From an uncultured Kiritimatiellota bacterium (lineage in GTDB: Bacteria; Verrucomicrobiota; Kiritimatiellia; RFP12; UBA1067), in assembly GCA_934643865.1 (NCBI GenBank), contig CAKUCX010000006.1, positions 16,936 through 80,935 on the forward strand: DNA of 64,000 nt, given 5' to 3'. The notes below the pieces were generated by a model that was given only the letters and a program-made list of their open reading frames with translations, ran no database searches and was not told the DNA's origin. A program made the position numbers and the translations under genes. Positions 1 through 8,915 of this stretch are shown one piece after another. The number at the start of each line of letters is the position of its first letter. Position 1 is the first letter of the stretch.

Positions 1-15
1 ATGTCGGGTAGGTAG

Positions 16-237
16 GGCGCGCGAAGTACCCGCGCCGCCTCGGCACGTGGCGTCCTACCCCCCCCCTGTCTCATATTTCTTCCATGGTCGATTTCCCAAT
101 ATGAGGTTATCGGCCCCTAGCCCACTTTTTATAAAATGTGGGCCAATGTACCCACACAGCCGAAAATCGAAACCATCCATCCGAACGGGCCGTTGCACAG
201 TGCCACGCGCCGAGGCGGCGCGGGTACATCGCGCGCC
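16..237. repeat. Inverted repeat pair, 36-bp arms (16-51 and 202-237), about 150-bp spacer
   Basis: GGCGCGCGAAGTACCCGCGCCGCCTCGGCACGTGGC at 16-51 is the reverse complement of 202-237 with 2 mismatches. It lies at the window edge. Confidence 0.6.
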
Positions 238-731
238 GGGCCAGGTGCGTGGCGTTCAGGACCGGTGCGTGGCGTTGTGAGGGAATTGGTCTGGTACCCA
301 CGTATCGGATACCACGTATCAGAACAACGCAGGGAACAACACGGGGACTCGGTGGCGGCCGCACCGTCCGCAAGCGCCACGTCACCGAGCGTAGGCGGCG
401 CACCATCGCACGCGAGCGTCGCGCCCACCGCCACGTCCCAAGCCGCCGCAGCCTCCTCGGACCCCTGCTCCTGTATGAGACCGCAGGACCTGTAAAAACT
501 CACGCCAACAGGCCAAACGCTTGTATTTTCAGGCCGTCCTGGACTTCGGCCCCGGCGGAATGGGACAGCAGACGCGCTGATAGGGCCGTTTTCTCGGGGA
601 TGGTGTCATCGGGCTGAAAAACCTGCTTCAGGCGGGGAGAAGATAACTCATAGATTCGTTCGAGAATGACGTTTTATACGGCGTCATGAAATCGTGCTTT
701 GTCTGAGTGGAACGGCAGTGAATTTGATTGA

Positions 732-2726
732 TTACGGATTCTTGTCTCGCTTCAATATCTCAATCCTGCAAAGATACACATCGGATGGCGCACCCGTGCC
801 GAATGACGGCATTTTGAAGGTCTTTATGAATCGGAGCCGGTATTCTTTCGCGTGTTCACGATAATGTTGCAGATTGTATGCGTGCTGCGAATCAGCGAGC
901 GCGTAGAGTTTTGCGTCAGGCTCGCTTTTCAGTATGGATTCAATCACTGGTATGGGGTCGCTGTTCGCGGCGAAAGTGGTGGCGGTCCTTATCGGAAGCG
1001 ACATGAGCATCTGGTTGGATCGTTCGCCTATGACGATTGCATCCTTCGGCAAGAGTGCGGCCAATTCCCTAGCTGCGGCCTCATGTTGATGCATTCCACT
1101 CCTGACAAGCTCGCAGAACGATGATCGCCAGTTTGGAGTTGCAAGATAGCATGACAAAATGCAAGCGGGGATGACGAACAAAAGAATCCGACGCCAGGGC
1201 AACCTTTCTTTGAAACCGAATACGGCGACAAGGAACAAAACGGATATGACGAGTGAAATGGCCATGGGCGAAAAATACTCGCTGGGTGATTTCTTGATGT
1301 GACTTGCCAATTGCACGGCTGGGAAAGGCGCGAATACGACTGATGCAGCCACAAACGAAGTTGCTATCCAGACAACCGCATTGACCTTGATAGATCTAAA
1401 TCCGTGCAGAAACGCAACAACAATGGAAACAGAAACGACGAAAGCGAATATCATTTGCCAAGTCATGCCCCAAACGTTTTTTGCCGGCAGATTGTATATC
1501 CGCGAGTAGAAGTTCTGGCTTGTCGCCGGCGGAATCGACACCGATGCTGCGAATATCAGCCCTACGGCGCAAAGCGCAAAAGTCAGAAGTAGCGGCAACA
1601 AGGCCTTGCCCCATGTCGTACGCTCTTCTAAAATGGAACATTGCTCCAATTCAGATGCAATGGCAAAGGAAAGAATCGGCAGTATCACGATTACCGGAAG
1701 GAAATAGTGCGTATAGATGGTGTTCATCACCGATATCGCGGCAACATATGCGGGAACTGCGAGAAACAGCAACAGATGCCCATTCCATCTTTTTGCCAGG
1801 GCGTTTCTTGCAGCCATTGCGATTGGAATCGAAAGCATCAGCGGTGCGACAACGCCGAGAAGCTGGATGGATGGGTCGCGTGGAAATGACGAAATTCCCT
1901 TGAAGTGCGACGCGAAGTTGAAGAGCGGCGGCAATGGATAGTGCGTGGTGGTTTTCCTGACAATCTCCCATATCGACACACCGACCCTGGCGGCGTCTGG
2001 CATGACGGATAGCGCCACTATAAATTTATACGCGAACGCGGCTGCGACGGCGACACCAACGAACAGCAGCAGATCCTTGGTGCTGTCACGCAGACTTCTG
2101 TCCCGGGCCACCCCTGCGGCCACGATAGGAAGCAATGCCCATACGCTTGGCTTCACTAGGATTATCGCCCCCGACAGCAGCGCAGCGCAGATAATCCGCC
2201 ATCGCTTTCCTCCAGCGGCGCAAACATACGAAATGACCAGAAGAGCACCTATTAGGGCATCGTTGCTCGCGGTACGCTCGTATGCCACGACCATCGGCAC
2301 GAGCGACACGGAAGTGCAGAGCGCGAATGCCGTTGTCGCCCCCGCCCTCTTGGCTAAGTGCAGGAACGCAAAGAGCCATGCGGCAAAATAGACGCAAAGA
2401 AAAGGGATGCGCCATGTCCATGTGGACAGTCCGAATGCGAGATGCGATGCGTAGCTCAGCCAATGCGTTCCAGCGGAGAATCCGTAGGTGAACGCCTCGT
2501 TTCGCGGCAGATCGACAAAGTGGTTCCAGACAAATTTCTCCTTTCCTCCAGAAAGGTAATAACCCTCATCAGTTGCGTTATAGCCGTATTCCCAGATTGA
2601 CGGTATGCCTGGATCGCAGTCGATCCACGGCAGACGGAAGAGCAGATAGATCACGGAAAAAGCTACAAGCAGCAGCCAGAACTTCATTCGGCCGTCTTTG
2701 CGGATACAAAGCCTCGAAATTTCCAT
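732..2726 (-). CDS. Polytopic membrane protein, GT-C-type glycosyltransferase-like (ArnT/PMT_2-like)
   Basis: 664-aa ORF with many hydrophobic spans and an acidic DEGYY loop after the first TM, as in GT39/GT83-type enzymes. It has a soluble C-terminal domain. AAGGA lies 9 nt upstream of ATG 2726 (alternative ATG at 2687). The region is visibly AT-richer than its flanks. Confidence 0.45.
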   Translation of the reverse strand: MEISRLCIRKDGRMKFWLLLVAFSVIYLLFRLPWIDCDPGIPSIWEYGYNATDEGYYLSGGKEKFVWNHFVDLPRNEAFTYGFSAGTHWLSYASHLAFGLSTWTWRIPFLCVYFAAWLFAFLHLAKRAGATTAFALCTSVSLVPMVVAYERTASNDALIGALLVISYVCAAGGKRWRIICAALLSGAIILVKPSVWALLPIVAAGVARDRSLRDSTKDLLLFVGVAVAAAFAYKFIVALSVMPDAARVGVSIWEIVRKTTTHYPLPPLFNFASHFKGISSFPRDPSIQLLGVVAPLMLSIPIAMAARNALAKRWNGHLLLFLAVPAYVAAISVMNTIYTHYFLPVIVILPILSFAIASELEQCSILEERTTWGKALLPLLLTFALCAVGLIFAASVSIPPATSQNFYSRIYNLPAKNVWGMTWQMIFAFVVSVSIVVAFLHGFRSIKVNAVVWIATSFVAASVVFAPFPAVQLASHIKKSPSEYFSPMAISLVISVLFLVAVFGFKERLPWRRILLFVIPACILSCYLATPNWRSSFCELVRSGMHQHEAAARELAALLPKDAIVIGERSNQMLMSLPIRTATTFAANSDPIPVIESILKSEPDAKLYALADSQHAYNLQHYREHAKEYRLRFIKTFKMPSFGTGAPSDVYLCRIEILKRDKNP

Positions 2727-3117
2727 TTCATGATTTCCTTACTGCATCCTCCGCAGAACCTCCCCCCAGCGTGTAGTATCCACTCTCGCCCGCTCATACC
2801 GGCCGCCCCTCTCTGCGGGCACGTAGACCAAAGGTCCAAAACCGCTCGGCTTTGTGCCCCCTTGCAAAGGCATGAATCTCATCACGCTTCACGGCTCTTT
2901 CGTCCATCACGTACATGCGCGCACATCCTCCGCCCATGTTCCACGCCACCGTTTCAGGGCATGGCGCGTCCAAAGGGGAAAGACGCAGACAGTTTAGCAT
3001 TCCCGTCCCCAAAGGTCAATGGAAGCAGCAGGTTTTTCAGGCGCCCGCCCGGCGCTGCGCCCGCCCGGCGCGACAGGTGGTCGTCAGGAGCGGCAGATAC
3101 TCCTTCTGCCGGTAGGG

Positions 3118-3175
3118 AAATAGGGGACAGTCCCCCCATTAAATAGGGGACTGTCCTCCATGGGGAAATAGGGGA
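3118..3175 (+). repeat. Three direct copies of AAATAGGGGA (3118, 3141, 3166); the first two extend into near-palindromes GGGGACAGTCCCC / AGGGGACTGTCCT
   Basis: Read directly from the sequence. Spacing is 23 and 25 bp, in a non-coding stretch. Confidence 0.6.
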
Positions 3176-3295
3176 TGCGGAATTCACATCTGTGATCAAT
3201 CTAGGTTGACTGAATGCCCCTTCACTGGCCTACGGAGCTGTTAACCTGCCCCTAGTTGCATTTAGTCTGTCCGGCGACCAGTAATGTGAGCCCCC

Positions 3296-3513
3296 CATGC
3301 CTGAGATTTCAGTGCGTAATAAAATCTCATCCATGGACAGAATCGTCATCTGCGAGAACGTCATCGCCTCGGCAATCAAATCTTGTGGGCCGCAAAGGAC
3401 ACAACGTTCACAAAGCCTTTGCGCTCTTTGTGATCTTTGTTGCAGAAATCGCCATATTCCGTTGCCGGATCGAGAGGTTGAGGAATCGGCCGTGTAAAGG
3501 TGTAGAAATGTGA
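3296..3513 (+). repeat. Dispersed structured repeat, copy A (core TGAGATTTCAGTGCGTAATAA at 3302-3322)
   Basis: The 5' ~105 bp and 3' ~110 bp align at roughly 85% with the reverse complement of 39993-40423. The core 21-mer is also found at 40559-40579. Confidence 0.7.
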
Positions 3514-3551
3514 AAGGGGGAGGGCCGCAACAAGTTGCGGCCCTCCCCCTT
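3514..3551. other. Perfect 18-bp-stem hairpin (AAGGGGGAGGGCCGCAAC aa GTTGCGGCCCTCCCCCTT)
   Basis: The arms at 3514-3531 and 3534-3551 are exact reverse complements. Confidence 0.8.
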
Positions 3552-3635
3552 GGCGTCCCTCCCGTCGCAGTCATCAAGCCGAGTTGCAGGCGGACGCCCC
3601 GCGCCGCCCCCCTTTCCAAACGAAAGGCGCAAAAG

Positions 3636-3682
3636 CTCTTGACGCAAAGGACGCAGAGCCTCTGCGTCCTTTGCGTCAAGAG
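3636..3682 (-). terminator. Perfect 22-bp-stem hairpin overlapping the stop of the AAA/PD-(D/E)XK gene; likely intrinsic terminator
   Basis: CTCTTGACGCAAAGGACGCAGA gcc TCTGCGTCCTTTGCGTCAAGAG. On the minus strand it is followed by CTTTTGCGCCTTTCGTTT. It carries the ACGCAAAG motif shared with hairpins at 40166-40213 and 54247-54292. Confidence 0.5.
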
Positions 3683-5307
3683 AGCCCGCACCCCGCCCCG
3701 TCCGCCGCGACCTCGACCTGGCGGTCGGAGAGGTTGCGCATGTCGGCGTCGAACGCCGCGCCGACGAGCGTGACCTTCTTTCCGCACCGCAGCCACTTCT
3801 CGGCGTAGCCCTTCGCCTTGATCTGCGCGAGCGCGGCGGCGGCCAACACAGATGTCGGCCCTCCTGGGGAGGGACGCGCTCCGTCGCGTCCGCCCGCGCC
3901 CAGCTTGAACTCGAAGACGTAGACGCCGCGCGGCGTCTCCACGACCGCGTCCACGCGCCCCCGGTTCGTCCAGCACTCCGCGTGCGTGCGCGCGCCGATC
4001 AGGACGAAGACCGCGTAGAAGAGCGTCTGGTAGTACTTCTCGCGCTTCACGGTGATGTTCGCCGGGATGTTCGCGAAGAAGCACGAGAGCGCGTCGAGCA
4101 TGTCGTCCACGTCGTCCGCGCGCAGGGCCTCCACCATCTGCGTGAGGAGCGAGGCGTGTTCGGCGGCCGGCAGGGCCGAGAACGCGCGCGAGACGGCCTT
4201 CGAGAAGGCGTTGCGCACCTCGTCGTTCGGGAAGCCGAGCGTGTACTGCGTGTAGACGCCCTCGCGCGCGCTGCCCGTGATCGTCAGGTAGCCCGTCTGG
4301 TAGAGGAGCGGCAGCAGTTCCGGTTCCGAGGGCTCGTAGACCGAGAAGGCCCCTTCGTCCAGCGTCACGCCATCGACCTGCTCCGGCGCGTCCTTGAGCA
4401 GCTGCAGGAGGAACGTCGGCGCCCCCGTCTCGAACCAGTACTCGCCGAACCTACCCGCCGAAAGGCACTTGCCGACCGAGACGGGGTTGAAGACCGGCAC
4501 GGCGTTCTCCGCGAAGCGGTAGCCGTCGTACATCTTCACGAGGTGCGCGAACGTCGTCTCGCCGTCCCAGCCGTAGTTCGCGCCGAGGGCCGCGAGCGAG
4601 GCGGGGAAGTTCGCCTTGACCTCCTCGTGCGTGTAGCCGAAGAGCGTCGCGACGCGCGCGTCCATCGAGAACTCGTTGAGGTTGTTGAGGTCGGAGAAGA
4701 CCGACACCTTCGAGAACTTGCTGACGCCCGTCATGAACGCGAAGCGCTGAAGCCCCTCGCTCGTCTTGATGACGGAGTAGAACTCCTTGAGCGCGTCGCG
4801 GACGTCGTTCACGTCCGGCTTGCCGAGGCGCCCGAGGAGCGGCTTGTCGTACTCGTCGACGAGGAGGACAACCTTCCCGTCCGGGCTGCGTTCCGCGAGA
4901 TCCGAGATCAGCATCTCAAACTGGCCCGAAACCGGAAGGCCCTCGCGCAGGGGAACGCCCAGCCGCTCCGCGTTGCGCAGGAGCTGCACGCGGATCTTCT
5001 GCCAGAGCATGTCCACCGTCGCCGCCTGGCAGCCGGACATGTCGAGCTTGAGGACAGGCCACGTCTTCGACCAGTCCCAGTCCGGCTCGATGGCGAGGCC
5101 CCTGAAGAGGCCGCGCCGCCCCTCGAAGAGGCACTGCAGGGTCGAGACGGCGAGCGACTTCCCGAAGCGGCGCGGGCGCGCGATGAAGAACTGCTTGCCG
5201 AGCGAGCCGTCGGCGAGCGTCTTCAGGATCGCCGTCTTGTCCACGTAGACGAACCCGCCCTCGCGGACGTCGGCGAACGAAAAGGTGTCTGTCGCAATCT
5301 TCTCCAT
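3676..5307 (-). CDS. AAA-ATPase-like protein with C-terminal PD-(D/E)XK nuclease domain (AAA-ATPase_like / PDDEXK_9 architecture)
   Basis: 543 aa. The N-terminus FVYVDKTAILKTL...FFIARPRRFGKSL matches the predicted AAA-ATPase family. The C-terminus RVDAVVETPRGVYVFEFKL is PD-(D/E)XK-like. Confidence 0.7.
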   Translation of the reverse strand: MEKIATDTFSFADVREGGFVYVDKTAILKTLADGSLGKQFFIARPRRFGKSLAVSTLQCLFEGRRGLFRGLAIEPDWDWSKTWPVLKLDMSGCQAATVDMLWQKIRVQLLRNAERLGVPLREGLPVSGQFEMLISDLAERSPDGKVVLLVDEYDKPLLGRLGKPDVNDVRDALKEFYSVIKTSEGLQRFAFMTGVSKFSKVSVFSDLNNLNEFSMDARVATLFGYTHEEVKANFPASLAALGANYGWDGETTFAHLVKMYDGYRFAENAVPVFNPVSVGKCLSAGRFGEYWFETGAPTFLLQLLKDAPEQVDGVTLDEGAFSVYEPSEPELLPLLYQTGYLTITGSAREGVYTQYTLGFPNDEVRNAFSKAVSRAFSALPAAEHASLLTQMVEALRADDVDDMLDALSCFFANIPANITVKREKYYQTLFYAVFVLIGARTHAECWTNRGRVDAVVETPRGVYVFEFKLGAGGRDGARPSPGGPTSVLAAAALAQIKAKGYAEKWLRCGKKVTLVGAAFDADMRNLSDRQVEVAADGAGCGLS

Positions 5308-5399
5308 GCCGCACAGTATAGCACATCACGCGCTTCCAACGCTTAGCACCCGTCAAGAACTGACAGGGAGGACGGCGACGCGCCCGGCGGGCTTTTGCG

Positions 5400-6953
5400 T
5401 CAAGAGAAGAGGACGCGGAAGGCGGGGGCCAGGCGCGCGCGGAGGGTCGCGGCGACGGCGCGCGCGTCGGCCGTCCAGCCGTAGAGCGCGGCGAAGGCGG
5501 CGGCGTACGCGGCCGAGACGGCGGCGGCGCAGCCGAACCAGCCCAGCCAGCTTTCCGGCTCGGGCGCGAGCAGAGCCTTCGCGCCGGCGGAGAACGCGAC
5601 GGGGAGGAGCGTGAGCGCGGCGTACTGCCGCCAGTACGCGCCAAGCGGACGGTCGAAGCGCAAGCGGAAGAGCAGATAGGGGCCGCGCCAAAACGCCGTC
5701 AGCCCATAGGAGACGATCGTCCCGACAAGGACTCCCGCGAGGCCGAGCGGGCCTACGAGCGCGACGGAGACGGCGACGTTGAGCGCCGCCTCGATGAGCG
5801 GGCGCGGCTTGTCGCGCACGAAGAGCCCGGAGGCCGTAATATTCGCGCCGACCGTACACCACGAATTCTGGAGATAGAAGAGAACGCAGAGGACGACCTC
5901 GACGCCCGTGCCAAGGCAGAAGCGCGCGCCGAGCCAGAGGCGGATGAACGGCCCGACGAGGAGGAAGAGCCCCGTCGCGGCGAAGCCGCTGAGCGCGAGG
6001 TTCAGGAACTGCATCTTGCGAAAGAGGCGGTAGACGTCCACGGGCGCGAGCGTCGCGTAGGCGTTGCCGTAGTTCGAGGTGAAGACGCCGAGGAACTGCC
6101 CCAGCAGGCGCGCGAGCGCGGAGACGAGGAGCGCGTAGTTGGAGTAGAGGCCGACCGCCGCGAGGCCGACGAACTTCGAGAGGACGATGCTGTCCGTCGA
6201 GCTGACGACCGTACCGCCGACGCGGTGAAGCATGAACGCGCCGGCGTCCTTGAAGATCTCGGCCTTCTCCGCGCGCGGCAGGCGCTCGCAGACGGCGAAG
6301 ACAGCCCGGTAGCGCCGCGTCGTCCAGGCGCTGAGGAGCCCGTTGAACGCGAGGACGAACGCGACGCCGGAAGCGAGCGTCCAGACGAAGCTGCGCGTCA
6401 GCCAGAGGACGAGGATCTGGACGGCGAAGCGTCCCGTCTCGGAGACCATCGACGCGAAGAGCGCGACGTGGTTCTTCCGGTCGGCGTTCCAGATGGAGAG
6501 GCGGTAGGAGAAGAGGTAGGTGGAGACGCTCTGCGCGAGGAAGAGGAGGTAGACGACGTTCAGGTTCACGTCGCCCGGCACGTCGGAGGCGTCCCTGACG
6601 AGGTGGCCGACGAACGGGAAGAGCGCAAGCCCAAGGGAGAGGACGACGAGCGCGACGAGGAGGTAGACCTGGCGGAAGAAGCGCATGAGCCGCCCGACCT
6701 GCACGACGTCGCCGGCGGCGATCGGCTTGTAGAAGCGGTAGCAGATGGCGGCCCCGACGCCGAGCTCGGCGAGGGCGAGGAGGCGGAAAACGTCCCAGAA
6801 GAGCCCGTTGATGCCGAGGTAGCGCTCGGAGAGGAGGGCGATGAACGCCGTGCGGTAGGCAAAGCCGGCGGCGACGTTGACGACGTGGCAGAGCGTCCCG
6901 ACGCCGGACGCGCGGAGCATGCTCGCCGCGCGGCTCTGGCGGTTGAAGGTCAC
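5400..6953 (-). CDS. Polysaccharide flippase / Wzx-type (MOP superfamily) membrane protein
   Basis: 517 aa, GTG start, about 12-14 hydrophobic spans. It resembles lipopolysaccharide/oligosaccharide flippases and sits with GT and esterase neighbours. Confidence 0.55.
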   Translation of the reverse strand: MTFNRQSRAASMLRASGVGTLCHVVNVAAGFAYRTAFIALLSERYLGINGLFWDVFRLLALAELGVGAAICYRFYKPIAAGDVVQVGRLMRFFRQVYLLVALVVLSLGLALFPFVGHLVRDASDVPGDVNLNVVYLLFLAQSVSTYLFSYRLSIWNADRKNHVALFASMVSETGRFAVQILVLWLTRSFVWTLASGVAFVLAFNGLLSAWTTRRYRAVFAVCERLPRAEKAEIFKDAGAFMLHRVGGTVVSSTDSIVLSKFVGLAAVGLYSNYALLVSALARLLGQFLGVFTSNYGNAYATLAPVDVYRLFRKMQFLNLALSGFAATGLFLLVGPFIRLWLGARFCLGTGVEVVLCVLFYLQNSWCTVGANITASGLFVRDKPRPLIEAALNVAVSVALVGPLGLAGVLVGTIVSYGLTAFWRGPYLLFRLRFDRPLGAYWRQYAALTLLPVAFSAGAKALLAPEPESWLGWFGCAAAVSAAYAAAFAALYGWTADARAVAATLRARLAPAFRVLFS

Positions 6954-6962
6954 GGCGCGACC
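6887..6962. repeat. 76-bp direct repeat, copy 1 (covers the true 5' end of the flippase gene)
   Basis: Identical to 10140-10215 except for one base (GAAGGT versus GAAAGT). Confidence 0.9.
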
Positions 6963-7030
6963 TTTCTTGCAAGGCCGAGACGCCGGGCGGCAGACGGGGA
7001 CATTCTCTCAACAGACGGCATGCTCACTTG

Positions 7031-7375
7031 TCAACTCCTGAAGATGAAGAAGACCGCCGCGAAGATGCAGACCGCGGCCGCCAGGTAGTTCCATGAGACG
7101 GGCTGGCGCATCACCAGCACCGAGAACGGCATGAAGACGAGGAGCGTGACCGCCTCCTGCGTGATCTTCAGCTGCTCCAGCGTCATCGTCTTCGCGCCGA
7201 TCCGGTTGGCGGGGACGGCCACGCAATACTCGACGAATGCGATCAGCCACGAGACGAGGATCGCCATCCAGACCGGCGCGCCCGACAGGCTGCGCAAGTG
7301 GCCGTACCAAGCGTAGAGCATTACGAGGTTCGACACGCAGAGAAGCCCCACGGTCATCCAATTGACGTTTGACAC
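7031..7375 (-). CDS. Small DMT-superfamily membrane protein (DUF486-like)
   Basis: 114 aa with four hydrophobic helices. The sequence VEYCVAVPANRIG...LKITQE is typical of the DUF486/DMT family. Confidence 0.6.
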   Translation of the reverse strand: MSNVNWMTVGLLCVSNLVMLYAWYGHLRSLSGAPVWMAILVSWLIAFVEYCVAVPANRIGAKTMTLEQLKITQEAVTLLVFMPFSVLVMRQPVSWNYLAAAVCIFAAVFFIFRS

Positions 7376-7404
7376 AGGTTAAACTCTTTCTTCCGAATGG
7401 TTAG

Positions 7405-8880
7405 TTATCGACAGTTTTCTGCAATGGGGTCAGACCCCATAGATACCCTGAAATAATATCCACCCGTTTTCTTGCTGCCGCGATGCTCAATCGAACCGTC
7501 GGCAACCAGTTTTGCAAGGACCCGCTCAACCGTCGCCTTGCTCTTGCCCGTCAGCATCACCAACTTTGGTTTGTTGATGCCCGGAGCAGATCTTATCGCC
7601 TCATTTATCACCTCATTTATCGCCTCATTTATCGCCTCATCGCCCCGTTCAACGGCCTTTGCATCCTCTATTATCGCATTGGGGGCCGCGCGGACGCAAA
7701 CCATGAGATCCCCTGGCTCGCCGGGATTGACCGTATAGTGCGGTTGCGGGCATCCGTGCTTGCGGCATTCCCGCATGACCTTCTCTATGCCACGTCCCCA
7801 TGTCTCAATCTTGCCCGTCAGATAGACACATCCGGCGACAGTGGGATTCGCAGGACGGGAGACATGCTTCTTCATCAACGTCTCAACCGTCCAAGTCTCA
7901 GGAAGCGAGCCGACATTCGCAACATACAACCTGTCGGCATAAACACTGATCTGAATCGGAATCCCGCTTGAATAATCCTTGTGGACAAGCGCATTGAAAA
8001 TCAATTCGCGCAACCCTTCCTTTGGGAACGGGAACTTCTCGACACGCTGTTCGCCGTTCTCATACCAAATCTTCGCCTTAAGATACTTGAAATAGATGAG
8101 ATCAAGCGTCTTCTCCGCCTGTTCAAGCAAGGAGCCATGTACGTCATCATGGTACATCAAATCCGCGTCATCCACGCCAAACATCCCGACCTTGACGTAC
8201 GCACCCGGAATCCACTTCTCTGCCTTCTCCGAGAACAGAAGCGCGGCAGCATACGTCAGGCCATCCTTGGCGACAAGATGGAGGTTCGTGACAAATGCCT
8301 CCTTGGACTCCCGGCGCACCGAGTCATCCAGTCGTCCCTTGTCGATGGACAAATCCTTGAATCGCTTGATTTCCCGTGCCGAAACGTCCTTCATTTTGAA
8401 TCGAGGGCAGGGCAGATTCTCCCAGTGAAGTCCCCGGCGTCTGAGAAGGAACGCCTCCAGCCCCGGCCCCGAGAGTCGCTGGTTCGTCGCGCCGCGCCGG
8501 ACATAATAGACACCACGAAGCGAAATCGGAACCGGATACGCGGGAACGACAATCTCAATGACATCCTTATTCTTCAGTTTCAGATGGTTGACCTCGGCGA
8601 TCATTCCCATCGTATCGCGCATCACGTTGGGAATCGTTTCAAGAAGTGTCTTCCAGTCGGCAACACCGACAACCTCATTGTCCCTCTTGTCATCGGCAAC
8701 GCCAATGAGCATGCGTCCGCCCTCGGCATTGGCAAACCCACAGATCCACTTGAGATATTCCTCTCGCCAGCTCTGCTTGTATTCGGTGTTCTGGTCTTCT
8801 TTCCGCATAGAATCCTTTTGTTTGATGACTGTGCGGATTTCGTCAAGCGATCCACATTCAAGTCGTGTTTCACTTTGCAT
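7405..8880 (-). CDS. AlbA_2 (Schlafen-like 'divergent AAA') + HATPase_c_4 + C-terminal wHTH protein (COG2865-type, often annotated RecG-like)
   Basis: 491 aa. TEYKQSW...ICGFANAEGGRMLIGV is the AlbA_2 signature. NALVHKDY...GRGIEK is the HATPase_c_4-like part. The gene is AT-rich and contains an (INEA)4 12-bp tandem repeat. Confidence 0.7.
   Translation of the reverse strand: MQSETRLECGSLDEIRTVIKQKDSMRKEDQNTEYKQSWREEYLKWICGFANAEGGRMLIGVADDKRDNEVVGVADWKTLLETIPNVMRDTMGMIAEVNHLKLKNKDVIEIVVPAYPVPISLRGVYYVRRGATNQRLSGPGLEAFLLRRRGLHWENLPCPRFKMKDVSAREIKRFKDLSIDKGRLDDSVRRESKEAFVTNLHLVAKDGLTYAAALLFSEKAEKWIPGAYVKVGMFGVDDADLMYHDDVHGSLLEQAEKTLDLIYFKYLKAKIWYENGEQRVEKFPFPKEGLRELIFNALVHKDYSSGIPIQISVYADRLYVANVGSLPETWTVETLMKKHVSRPANPTVAGCVYLTGKIETWGRGIEKVMRECRKHGCPQPHYTVNPGEPGDLMVCVRAAPNAIIEDAKAVERGDEAINEAINEVINEAIRSAPGINKPKLVMLTGKSKATVERVLAKLVADGSIEHRGSKKTGGYYFRVSMGSDPIAENCR
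7593..7640. repeat. 12-bp tandem repeat x4 (TTATCGCCTCAT), in frame, encoding EAINEAINEVINEAI
   Basis: Read directly from the sequence; it lies inside the AlbA_2 gene. Confidence 0.85.
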
Positions 8881-8915
8881 CAGGACCTTCTAACGAATGA
8901 TCTCTTGATAGGGGA

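Noticed and set aside
129-617. Several overlapping 100-160-aa ORFs at the window start and a start-less ~55-codon frame at 510-680 (minus)
   Set aside because: No motifs, RBS or promoter support were found, and the frames are mutually exclusive, so they are left unannotated.
3311-3330. GTGCG within the repeat core considered as a group II intron 5' end
   Set aside because: The element is only 220-430 bp. It has no domain V/VI-like sequence and no AY 3' end context, and the similarity is limited to 5 nt.
3982-5346. 454-aa ORF on the plus strand (also 21463-25173 +, 35316-37835 +, 48312-51689 -, 43598-45244 +, 19604-21274 +, 16568-18043 + and similar)
   Set aside because: They are antisense to well-supported genes. 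Their products are low-complexity Arg/Ala/Gly/Glu/Pro-rich with no recognisable motifs. This is a typical stop-codon-poor shadow-ORF artefact of high-GC DNA.
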